A stretch of 64,000 bases of DNA from Flavobacteriales bacterium (GTDB taxonomy: Bacteria; Bacteroidota; Bacteroidia; Flavobacteriales_F; PHOS-HE28), in contig JACJZF010000003.1 in NCBI GenBank assembly GCA_020635725.1, forward strand, positions 464 through 64,463. Reading direction: 5' to 3'. Every line of letters begins with the position of its first letter. Position 1 is the first letter of the stretch. Of this stretch, positions 52,313-61,286 are shown one piece after another. A program made the translations under genes and the position numbers. The notes beneath the pieces are model-generated. The model saw only the letters and a program-made list of their open reading frames with translations, was not told the DNA's origin and did no database searches.

Positions 52313-52386
52313 GCGCAGGGTGCACCCCGCCTCCGCAGTGGTCTTCCGAGCGCGTGGGCAAGTGGGCAGTGGAGGAGACCCTGCGG
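52313..52386. repeat. 74-bp palindromic direct repeat DR2
   Basis: Same sequence as DR1 apart from a single t/a change. Lies ~325 bp upstream of the IS110 transposase ATG. Confidence 0.8.
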
Positions 52387-52710
52387 CTCGCAGCCGCCAC
52401 CGCTCGTTCCCCCGCTGCCGCGAGTCTGTGACTCGTTCCCCACTCCCGCGAATCTGCGACTCTAGACTTGCCCCCGTGCTGAGTGACGAACTTGGCGCTT
52501 GACAGGACCACCGAAGAGAACTGAGCTTGACCTTGGGGTGAACCGGGATCTGCGACGGGTTCGAGGCCCATACGGATTAATGGACCCCTTGGTCTGCTCA
52601 GACTTTGAGACTCATATGGAATACCGGGCATCAAGACCCATTAGAGTCATCGAGTTCAAGGTCTGCCGCTCAGTCCCTTCAGTGGCCACAGGTTGCACTT
52701 CAAAACTACG

Positions 52711-53712
52711 ATGGACATGCATTGGATAGGCATTGACGTGAGTAAGGCCAAGTTGGACGTGGCCTTGACGGATGATCGAGGCGCTGTGATCGAAGAGCGT
52801 AAAGTGGCCAACACGGACCAGGGCCTCTCGAGCCTGATCAAGCGATGGAGCGATACGTATGGCTTGAACAAGACAGAGTGCTTGGTCTGCCTCGAGCCGA
52901 CAGGGCATTACTCCAACCAAGCCCTGCGGACCTTGGTGAAGCTGGAGTGCCCTGCCTGGCTGGCCCATCCCCGGGACATCCAGAAGAGCATCGGCCTGCA
53001 GCGCGGGAAGAGCGACAAGGTGGATGCCCGGCGCATCGCTGACTATGCACGGCGCTTCGGCGATAAGGCCCATCTGTTCACCTCCAAGGACCTGGAACTG
53101 GAGAAAGTCGGGCACTTGCTCACGCGGCGCAGGCAGCTGGTGAAGGAGCGCAAGAGGTACATGGTCCAGCTCAAGGACCGCAACCCGTGCTTGGCCGAGC
53201 TGCGCGCGCAGTTCGACCGGTTCGACAAGCAGCAGGTCGCCGCGCTTAACAAGGCGATAAAGCAAGTGGAGGCAGCCATAGAGAAGGAGCTCAGCAAGGA
53301 CGCGGAGACCGCACGCACCTACGAACTCCTCTGTTCGGTGCCCGGTGTGGGCCTGGTTCTGGCCGCGTACCTGATGGTGAAGACCGCCGCGTTCACGCGC
53401 TTCCCAACACCGCGCGCACTGGCTTGCCAAGCTGGCGTGGTCCCCTATGAGCACACATCTGGGACGAGCGTCAAGGGCAAGCCTCGCGTCTCTCACCACG
53501 CTGATAAGCCCTTGAAAAGCCTGCTGCACATGGCGGCCATCGGGATGGTGCGCCTGCCCTGCGATCTGCAGGCCTACTACCAGCGCAAAGTGGCCGAAGG
53601 AAAACCCAAGATGGTCGTGCTCAATGCCATGCGCAACAAGATCATCCACCGCATCTACGCCGTGATCGGGCGCGGTGAACCATACCGCGTGGACTACACT
53701 CCCGTGATGTAA
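52711..53712 (+). mobile_element. IS110-family transposase (DEDD-type)
   Basis: Start at ATG 52711 'MDMHWIGIDVSKAKLDVALTD...', the conserved IS110 N-terminus. The C-terminal region ('VPGVGLVLAAYL...YYQRKVAEGKPKMVVLNAMRNKIIHRIYAVI') is also family-typical. The track begins at an in-frame TTG at 52693. Confidence 0.85.
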
Positions 53713-53744
53713 AGAGCCGCATAGGTGTCCTTCTGAAGATCATC

Positions 53745-53847
53745 GCAACATGGTGTTGTTGTTGGGGCTGTTGGAAAGTGGACAACTCATGACCTGGCAC
53801 GATCGCACGTCGAGTTGTCCACTTTTCAATGGCCCACACCATGTTGC
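53745..53847. repeat. Nested palindrome immediately downstream of the IS110 transposase gene
   Basis: Outer arms gcaacatggtgt (53745-53756) and acaccatgttgc (53836-53847) are perfect reverse complements. They enclose an inner hairpin aaagtggacaactc...gagttgtccacttt with a 23-nt loop. Confidence 0.7.
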
Positions 53848-53956
53848 TGAACCAACACTTGCAAATGCCATGGAATAATCCGTGGTGCCGCATTGATCAG
53901 GTATGTTGCCCCCGCTGCAGCATGCCAAGAGCGCTCACCTGTATCTTTCCTCATCC

Positions 53957-54481
53957 ATGCGCTGTCTTTCGCTCGTATTCGCTGTGCTGGCTGCATGGAG
54001 TAGCTCTGCACAAGAGGGTGCGTGCAGGGTGGGGCGTGAGCAGTATGCGATCCTTACTGTGGAGAGCATTGAGGCGTACGGACCATATCTAGAAGGAGTC
54101 GCCACCGATTTGACGCCCGAAGAAGTCGATCGAGCGGAGTGCATTCTAGAGCGCTTCATTGCATGGCACAATGCCTTGACTCGTACACAGCGCGATTTGG
54201 TCGCGGATGCTACGTTGGGCCGTGTTCGCCCTGAGTGCATGATACAGGATTGGCCTCGTTACATCCGCCAGTATGCTGGGGAACGCACGAAGGATGGTCA
54301 GCGCCGGATGCACGTGAACCTATTGAATCCGGATGGCCTCTTCCGGGAACCCGGTCAAGCATGGGTCTTCGTGAATGATGGTGCCGATAACTACTTCAGG
54401 GTAACCGTGGACCTGGAAAGGGAGGAGGTCATCCAGTACAGCGTGAACGGTCCCTACCCACCGGGCGGGCGGTGTAGGTGA
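53957..54481 (+). CDS. Hypothetical secreted protein
   Basis: Start at ATG 53957 gives the signal peptide 'MRCLSLVFAVLAAWSSSAQE'. No known domain. The track start is 53903. Confidence 0.45.
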   Translation: MRCLSLVFAVLAAWSSSAQEGACRVGREQYAILTVESIEAYGPYLEGVATDLTPEEVDRAECILERFIAWHNALTRTQRDLVADATLGRVRPECMIQDWPRYIRQYAGERTKDGQRRMHVNLLNPDGLFREPGQAWVFVNDGADNYFRVTVDLEREEVIQYSVNGPYPPGGRCR

Positions 54482-54942
54482 AAGGGGCTTCGCTGCCGCG
54501 TATCAGCGACCCGTGGTTGGTTCGGTTGCCTTACGGATCGCCCCGGATCTTTAGTACCAACCAGTCGAGCGTTCGATTCGGGAGCCCGCAGCCAAGAACA
54601 ACAGGCTCACCGGTAGTAGAGAGACTTTTCAACCGATGTTAGCAGCAAGAGCCCTTGCAGGAGTAGCGGATGATGTCGTCAAAATCGGGATGAACACGCA
54701 GCCGTGAATGGTTTGTTCCTGTTCGGCTGATGCCTGAGAGCCGGGCGGGTCGTAACCTTGAGTCCAGAAAGGCGAAAGCCACGACGTTGAGGCCTCTACC
54801 CTCGACACCCGGTTGGCTGATGAGACCAGCGAGCGCCCGTCGTGACTTCCATTCCTCTCGGAGGGGCCGTTGCCGCGGCCCTTCCCTCTTCGAGGTTCCC
54901 AAAGATCACGCGGTCGGTGGGCGGTAACAAGGGTTTGCGAGA

Positions 54943-55048
54943 GTCACTTTCTCGGACTTTTCAACACGGCCCGATTTCCCGCGACTGACGCGGGAGGGAC
55001 GCGCGCCCGACACCTGCAAGACACTTTTTTTGACGATCAGCTAACAAG
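54943..55048. repeat. ~106-bp intergenic element, copy B (inverted relative to copy A)
   Basis: Its reverse complement (cttgttagctgatcgtcaaaaaaagtgtcttgcaggtgtcgggcgcgcgtccctcccgcgtcagtcgcgggaaatcgggccgtgttgaaaagtccgagaaagtgac) matches copy A at ~90% by eye. Confidence 0.8.
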
Positions 55049-55265
55049 TGCTGAAACGCACGGCCGCAGAGCGATGCCGAGCGACTGGAATCGGGAATCG
55101 CGCATTAGGTGGGCGTTTCAGGGTCATTGCTTCCATCTGTCCTCCATTGTCACGGCCTTTTTAGCGAGCATAGAGTCTCCACTCAACCGCAAATGGTCTC
55201 CCCAGCTCGCTCGAATCTGCTATCCATGATGAACAATAGCCCGCACCCACCGCCGTTCTCCGCCC

Positions 55266-55796
55266 ATGCGTATCCGCCGCGGCGTCGCTTGGTTCTTGGC
55301 GCTAGCGATGGCGGCCTGTGTTCGCAGCGACGTGGCTCCGGGGGTAAGTCCTGCCGGCGTCCTGTCCGTTGAGCTCGGTATGAGCAAGGAGGAGGTGATC
55401 GGTATCCTGGGCATGCCCCTAGCGGTAAGCGCGCGGCTCAATGTGCACCAAGGGAACTGCGCCGGCCTGTTGCGCCCTACCGAGCGTGACGTGACCAGCG
55501 CAGAGCAGATCACAAGCTTCCTGGACAGCATTTTCAGCGCCACCCCGTGCTGCGAGGCCATACGACGTCAGCAAGAGGAGAGGCTTTACACAGTCGTCTA
55601 TTCCCGCATGGTGGAAGCGGATGGAGCGAGCCCCATGCTATGGGTGCATTTCGACGCGCACGATCGGGTGCGGGAGGTGTACGTCAAGCTGAACAGCCGC
55701 AACCCGCTCCAGGAGGACAAGGGCATCTACATGCGCAATGCCCAAGGCACCTATCTGATGGACGAGGAGCTGCTGGAGAAGTACTTCGCGAAGTGA
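55266..55796 (+). CDS. Hypothetical lipoprotein
   Basis: 176 aa ('MRIRRGVAWFLALAMAAC'). Confidence 0.45.
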   Translation: MRIRRGVAWFLALAMAACVRSDVAPGVSPAGVLSVELGMSKEEVIGILGMPLAVSARLNVHQGNCAGLLRPTERDVTSAEQITSFLDSIFSATPCCEAIRRQQEERLYTVVYSRMVEADGASPMLWVHFDAHDRVREVYVKLNSRNPLQEDKGIYMRNAQGTYLMDEELLEKYFAK

Positions 55797-55889
55797 GCGA
55801 GGTTGTGGGCCTTGTTCCAGCGGATCTGTGATTCGTGGCCCGGTGGGGCAAGCAAGCGCCATCCGGTGCGGCACATCTAGCTTCGCCGC

Positions 55890-56486
55890 ATGCGCACGTC
55901 ATGGCTCTTCCTTCTGCCCGCCTTCGTGGCCTGCAGTGAACCCCCACCACCGCAACCTGAGCTGCCCAAGGCGCTGCAGGAACCGAGCCTGGTGGATGAG
56001 GTCGCGGAGTACAGCGGCCGGGGCAGCGGTCGCGATCTCGTAGATGCGCTCGTCGCCGATGTGCTGAAGAGCGACACGGCCCTGCAGCATCTGTTCAACG
56101 ACATCGAGGCGCAGCACCGCAACCACGGCGACTCCACCGAACGGTGGGAGGACTTCGAGCAGAAGAACCTCGCCTATTACACGAGCGCGAAGCACCATGC
56201 CGAGCACATCGCCGATACCGTGATGCGAGCCGCGGAGTTCGACCGCCTGCGCGCGAGCCAGGCGCGTTACGTGGCCAGCGTGCTCAGCGCCCGCGCCTTG
56301 GACAGCGCGTACATGGCGAAGCGCAGCACGCTGAACGACGTGGAAGAACTGGTGAAGATCCAGCGCACCTTGGCCCTCATGGAGCGCTACCAGAAGGAGC
56401 AGCGCTCCAGCGATGCGGTGCTGCGTGCCGAGTTGGAACGCATCAAGGCCTTGGAGAGTCGACTCCGGGCCAACCTGGATCAGTGA
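55890..56486 (+). CDS. Hypothetical lipoprotein (helical)
   Basis: 198 aa ('MRTSWLFLLPAFVACS'). Confidence 0.45.
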   Translation: MRTSWLFLLPAFVACSEPPPPQPELPKALQEPSLVDEVAEYSGRGSGRDLVDALVADVLKSDTALQHLFNDIEAQHRNHGDSTERWEDFEQKNLAYYTSAKHHAEHIADTVMRAAEFDRLRASQARYVASVLSARALDSAYMAKRSTLNDVEELVKIQRTLALMERYQKEQRSSDAVLRAELERIKALESRLRANLDQ

Positions 56487-56724
56487 GATCTATCTCCAGT
56501 TGAGTTCCGTCGACAATCTTGGGGCGCATGCCGCACCAGTTATGCTTACTGGATCAGGTATCTGAGCAATGCGCTAGGCTGCTCACATCGCGCCGATTCC
56601 TTGCCCTCGAGTCCATTCCCGATGTAGAGCTTGGCATTCCCCTCCGGGTGGAAATAGCTGCCGGCTACATTTGAAACCGTCGTCAGGAACAAGCAAGGGA
56701 TTACTTCACTGATTCACACAGGCA

Positions 56725-57336
56725 ATGAGCGAGGCGTATTGGGCCGGTCGCCGGGGGCAGGCGTATTCGGGCGGTGATTTCAGCGAGTACCAGCGCGGCC
56801 GGCGCGATGAAGGTCTTCCGCCTGTCGCCCCGGATGCGAGCTGCGTCTTCGGCGGGGTGATGCTGCTTCTGGCCATCCCACTCTTCGCGGCTGTTATTGT
56901 GGCCCTGCCGACCGCGCTGGTAGGGGCGCTAGCGATCATGTTCCTTTGGCGCTATCGCAAGGACGAGTTTCGCTTCGGCCACTTATACGTCACGTGCCTT
57001 TGGAGCTCCTTCCTGACCGTGGTTACCACCCTCGCGGCTGTTTTCCTGGCACTCTGGGCCGCTGACAACTACCAGGGTCGCGTAATCAGCATCGGCGAAA
57101 TCGCATGCGGTGCCCTCGCGGTCCAGATGCTCTTCATGCTGCTTGTGGCGCTGATTCCGTATCGCCGCTTCCGCTCACGGGGCATGCGGCCATTTGGTTA
57201 TTGGGGAGCCGTGCGCCTGACCGTGAGCGTGATCGTGCCGCTCACGTGGTGTTTCATGGCCGTGGCTGCTTATGTCAGTTATCAGTACATGAATGATACC
57301 ATGCGCGCGACATGGCAACAGGTCATTGCTCCATAG
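56725..57336 (+). CDS. Hypothetical polytopic membrane protein
   Basis: 203 aa with 4-5 TM helices. Confidence 0.45.
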   Translation: MSEAYWAGRRGQAYSGGDFSEYQRGRRDEGLPPVAPDASCVFGGVMLLLAIPLFAAVIVALPTALVGALAIMFLWRYRKDEFRFGHLYVTCLWSSFLTVVTTLAAVFLALWAADNYQGRVISIGEIACGALAVQMLFMLLVALIPYRRFRSRGMRPFGYWGAVRLTVSVIVPLTWCFMAVAAYVSYQYMNDTMRATWQQVIAP

Positions 57337-57424
57337 TTCCATCGCGCGAGCCTGCATGACATCCCGGTTCCAAGGTGGTGGACCGTGCTGACGAAATAAC
57401 CTCAGCCAGCTATCGAGCATAGCC

Positions 57425-57832
57425 TCACCAAGCCGCAGGCCTCATCAGCTCTTGCTCATCAGCCGCGATCCCATACGCGTTCGCGATGAACGTGAACTCC
57501 GCGGCGAGAGCCACGCGCGCCGTGCTGTCAAGCATGATGCCCTCGCGCTCGAAGTCGATGAGCTGCTTGTTCATCTCGGTGATGGTATGATGCACGAGCG
57601 GGTAGAGCTGCGCTGCTTCCGTCACTTCCTCGGCTTCGATGTCGAAGCAGAGGTGGATGAGCAGGTCCTCGCATCGGTTCACCACCTGTCCAGAGTAGTG
57701 CGCATCGGCGCGCATGGCAGGGAGGAACACATGCTCGCGGATGGTGGAGTTGCGCAGCTGGTCGGTTGCGTAATGCGGAGTCTGGCAGGCGAGCATGCCG
57801 ACCAGGAGAAGGGCTGGCCAGGCGCGGTGCAT
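57425..57832 (-). CDS. Hypothetical lipoprotein
   Basis: 135 aa ('MHRAWPALLLVGMLACQ'). Confidence 0.45.
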   Translation of the reverse strand: MHRAWPALLLVGMLACQTPHYATDQLRNSTIREHVFLPAMRADAHYSGQVVNRCEDLLIHLCFDIEAEEVTEAAQLYPLVHHTITEMNKQLIDFEREGIMLDSTARVALAAEFTFIANAYGIAADEQELMRPAAW

Positions 57833-57862
57833 GCAGTGCGGCTAGGGGTGTTAACGATTCGC

Positions 57863-58464
57863 TTACTGCACCACCACTTGCTGTGTAGCGATGCGGTCGT
57901 CTGGCCAGCGAATTTGAAGAAGGTACGGTCCGGGTCGCAGGAGGGTGCTGCCGGCGATGGTTGTCGCCGACGCCAACGGGATTCGTTCCACGATCCGTCC
58001 TTGCGCATCAAACAGCGTGAGCTCGCTCGGCGGCTGGCCGGTAACAGATAGTTGAAGTGGTATTCCCGCGGCGATGGGATTTTGCAGTGTGACCGTGCCG
58101 GAGCCACGCGTTTCTTCTTCCATGGCGGTGATCACGGGAATCTGGCAGAGGATCACGCATTCCCCCACCGATGCGTCCCAGATGCTGAGCTGGCAGGGCA
58201 CGGAGCACAGGTTGGTGTAAACGGTATCGCCGCTGATCCAGAATGGAGGCCAGCCGGTTGATGCCTGTACGCATCCGCTCGGCTCCACCACATACATGTA
58301 TGGCGGCGTGCAGCCGCCTGACCACATGTTGCTGGCCGGGCCCATGGCCACCAGCCCGTTGCAGCCGTTGGTAGGCGGCACCGTGTAATAGGTGGTGAGG
58401 GTGATCTGGGCCGCGGCGGGAAAGGCGAGCAGTGCGGCGAGCGCTGGAATGACCCATGCTTTCA
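57863..58464 (-). CDS. Small Cys-rich secreted protein with T9SS C-terminal domain
   Basis: Start at ATG 58464 'MKAWVIPALAALLAFPAAAQ', with a CTD '...LQNPIAAGIPLQLSV...YLLQIRW'. The track start is a TTG at 58549. Confidence 0.55.
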
Positions 58465-58561
58465 TGCCATGAAATTGGAGCTTTCGGATCGCCTTGGATA
58501 ACCCGACCGAACGAACGCTTGAACAAGGTGCGGTGGAGTGAGAGCTCAAAGCACGATTGGG

Positions 58562-59059
58562 CTACCAAATCGTCCCGTACGGCGAGCGCAACGTCTGCCC
58601 CCCGATATGGTAGAAGCTGGTGCCTAGGCGAGGCCCTGTGCGGTAAGGCGTTCCCCGGAGCTTGAAGAGCCCGAACCAGCATGTCAGGGTGAGCCCGTAG
58701 AGGGCCTCGGTGCGCGATGCGACGCGGTATCGGCCCGAATCGTACCGATGGATGTACTGCGTATGAGCGAGCCCGCCGTTGATCTGAAGATAGAGGTTGA
58801 AGCGTGGTCGACGGACCAGCGTCGCACTGGCGCCGAGGAAGAGGGGCAGGGTGAGCGCACGTTGCTCGTACGCGCCATTCGCATCGTCAACATGTGCCGG
58901 GTTGTGGAACCACCACATGCCCGACTCCAGGGTGATGCCGGTTCGCGGGAAAGCTCCTCGCTCACCACGATCAGCGGCCCCCACCCCGAGTTGAACCGGT
59001 ATTCCCGATCCGGTCAGGCGCGCGCGCGCGCTCCAATCTGAATCGCTTTCTCGAACCAT
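58562..59059 (-). CDS. Hypothetical beta-barrel-like protein fragment (no signal peptide)
   Basis: 165 aa with alternating hydrophobic beta-strand-like segments and a terminal aromatic ('...PYGTIW'). There is an in-frame stop just upstream and no signal peptide, so it may be a remnant. Confidence 0.3.
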   Translation of the reverse strand: MVRESDSDWSARARLTGSGIPVQLGVGAADRGERGAFPRTGITLESGMWWFHNPAHVDDANGAYEQRALTLPLFLGASATLVRRPRFNLYLQINGGLAHTQYIHRYDSGRYRVASRTEALYGLTLTCWFGLFKLRGTPYRTGPRLGTSFYHIGGQTLRSPYGTIW

Positions 59060-59141
59060 CGGAAGCCGAGGAAGACGCCCTTCGGCAAGGGAACCAGTTG
59101 GGCTTCGGTAATCGTGCCGCTATGTACAACGGCCATAAGGG

Positions 59142-59917
59142 CTAGGAGACGAATGCACATGGCCGCACATGCGGCGCGCAGGTCAAGCCCGTGCCAGCAC
59201 GGCGGCGGTATCGTGGCTCACCGCGCGACCACGAAGCGTGCGCTAACGGTGCTTCCGTCAGTTGCACGCAAGACGATCGATAGGTGCCGTTCGGAAGAGC
59301 TGCGGTGGCGATCCGGTCCTGCGCCTGAACGATGTCGTGGAGTACGGCACGGCCGAGCGCATCGAAGCAGGTAGCCTGCCAGCTGCTCGCGTTCGGCAGC
59401 TGGATGCGCAGCTCATCAGTGACCGGATTCGGCCAGATCCGTGCGGGAGCGCTCAGCTCTTCGGTCATGCCCACGGTCGCTGGCGTGATGCACTGCGGAT
59501 GCAGCACACGGCTGAAGAGCATGGTCTGCTCCGTGCCGCAATCCGAATCGATGTAATGTGGCGTGGTAGCGAATGCCGTTGCCACGAAGCAGTATGTGCC
59601 ATTGGGGTTCCACGCTAGCCCGGTGATGGCGCTGAAGGCAGCCCCATCACCATGAGCGGCCCATCGTTGTCGAAGTCCCATGCGGTCACGACGCAACTAT
59701 CGCCATCCACGATGAAGTTGTTCCATGCGGTCTGCACGGCATCTGCGACATCGGTCATGCCGATGACCCTCGCACGCTCAGGGTCCTGGATCGCCATGGC
59801 AAGGCTGTCATTCGTGTCGGCGACGGCGAGTTCGTATATGACGTAGCCCTGAAAGCGCCAGTTGGGATCCGGTGTGGGGTCCGTGGGAGCGAAGGCTTCG
59901 ATATAACCGCCGTTCAC
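59142..59917 (-). pseudogene. Frameshifted, N-terminally truncated T9SS-CTD cargo gene
   Basis: Two overlapping track ORFs in different frames (59615..59917 and 59142..59696). The second carries a Por-tail ('RIWPNPVTDELRIQL...LPNGTY'). The first has only a GTG start, no signal peptide, and an in-frame TGA further upstream. Confidence 0.5.
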
Positions 59918-60339
59918 ATTATTGGAACCAGGCGGGTTGGAAAGCGAGAAGTGCAGCGCGGAGCCGTCGTATTCGATGAAGAGGGAAGGAGCGTCCGGTC
60001 CCCAGGATTCTGGGCGTAGCAGGAGGTGCTTACGAACAGGGGTATCGATAGATGGAGGAGGCGCATCGCTATTGGATTGGTGAAATCAAAGGTGTCCCTT
60101 GCGACTGCATCCGACGGCTACCGCTGCCTGTTTGCGTATTACCGTTCCTTGGCGAAATCGTGAACGAGAAGAGCTGGCGGCTCGACCTCGCCACTGGCCA
60201 CAAGACCGAGTTGTGAAGTACGCTTTATTCTTCAGTCTACGACTCATTGCTAAAGTTGTGTTGCTCTTGCCGATACATGGCGGCAGTCGCTTCGCGCCCG
60301 AAACCAACACCGAAGCGAATGAGAACCAAACAACGACCG

Positions 60340-60723
60340 ATGATGCGCATGTTGCCCGTGGCCCTGGGACTGTGCTGCGTTTACCACAGTCATGGCCAAG
60401 GTGGCGCGTGGGTTGAGCTCGCGGATGATGGTCCGCCCGAAACATGGGTGGCGGAGCCGACTTCGATCACCGATGACGGCGCGAATGATGAGGCCTTGGC
60501 GCCGGCGCGGCAGCTGCTGATCAGTTTCCGCAGCGAGAGCGCAGCTGAATGCGAAGTGCGAGTGCTGGACGAGCATGGGCGCTGCGTGCGCAAGTGGACC
60601 CGCCTGTGCCACATCGGAAGGAACCTGCTGCCGATTGACGCCACGCGACTCGCCAAGGGGCGCTATGTGGTGCGCGTGCAAGAGGGCGACGCCGTGCACG
60701 TGACCCGTTTCCTCAGGCCCTGA
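60340..60723 (+). CDS. Small secreted protein with T9SS-CTD-like C-terminus
   Basis: Start at ATG 60340 'MMRMLPVALGLCCVYHSHGQG'. C-terminal 'CEVRVLDEHGRCVRKW...GRYVVRVQ'. Confidence 0.45.
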   Translation: MMRMLPVALGLCCVYHSHGQGGAWVELADDGPPETWVAEPTSITDDGANDEALAPARQLLISFRSESAAECEVRVLDEHGRCVRKWTRLCHIGRNLLPIDATRLAKGRYVVRVQEGDAVHVTRFLRP

Positions 60724-60774
60724 GCTGAGCTGCCTTCTCGTTGAGCCGACCACGAGTCGGCTCTTTTGTTTGGT

Positions 60775-61284
60775 TCAGGTGTTCAGCTGCGCGAAGGCCG
60801 CGTTGAGCGCCAGGGCGAAGCACACCCAGGCGAAGTAGGGTGCCATGAGCCATCCTGAAAGCGGGCTGATGCGATGGAAGGCCCGAGCGCACGCCGCGAT
60901 GAGGATCAGCAGGAGCGCCATTTCGGCCAAGGCCCAGCCCAGCGCGTGCAGCTTGAAGAAGATCACGGACCAGGCGAGGTTCAACACGAGTTGAGTCGCA
61001 TAGAGCCACATGCTGCGCGATCGCGCCTGAACGGAGGGGGCCAGCACCCAGATGCGACCGGCGGCCAGGCCCATGAGCACATAGAGCACGGTCCATACCG
61101 GCCCGAAGACAGCGTTGGGCGGAGCGAAGAAGGGCCGCTGGAGCGTGGCGTACCAGCCGTCCACGTCCTGGCTGGTCCAGATGCCGACTGCCGCACCGCT
61201 GAGCACCGTGATGCCGATGGATACCGACACCCGGATCACGAAACGTGTCGAGGGTAGGTTGATGGCGTCTGGCATGCGTTGCAC
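60775..61284 (-). CDS. tspO: TspO/MBR family tryptophan-rich sensory protein
   Basis: 169 aa with 5 TM helices and 'WYATLQRPFFAPPNAVFGPVWTVLY', the TspO signature. GTG start at 61284, or ATG at 61275. Confidence 0.8.
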   Translation of the reverse strand: MQRMPDAINLPSTRFVIRVSVSIGITVLSGAAVGIWTSQDVDGWYATLQRPFFAPPNAVFGPVWTVLYVLMGLAAGRIWVLAPSVQARSRSMWLYATQLVLNLAWSVIFFKLHALGWALAEMALLLILIAACARAFHRISPLSGWLMAPYFAWVCFALALNAAFAQLNT

Positions 61285-61286
61285 GG

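Noticed and set aside
51348-52386. DR1/DR2 as canonical integron attC sites
   Set aside because: Not called as such. No intI is in the window and the R''/R' core boxes (RYYYAAC/GTTRRRY) are not evident. This is kept as a hypothesis only, in the findings.
54817-54860. Hammerhead ribozyme (CUGAUGAG motif)
   Set aside because: No GAAA and stem III follow in the correct order. The GNRA hairpin precedes rather than follows the CUGAUGA box.
54482-54942. tmRNA, RNase P RNA, SRP RNA or tRNA in the ORF-free region
   Set aside because: The GTTCGATTC string at ~54568 lacks a complementary T-stem. An ALAA-like frame ends in AN-IG rather than a stop. The GAAAGUCCG and GGGCUCC fragments are not contiguous as in P4. 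The SRP domain IV motif is only loosely matched.
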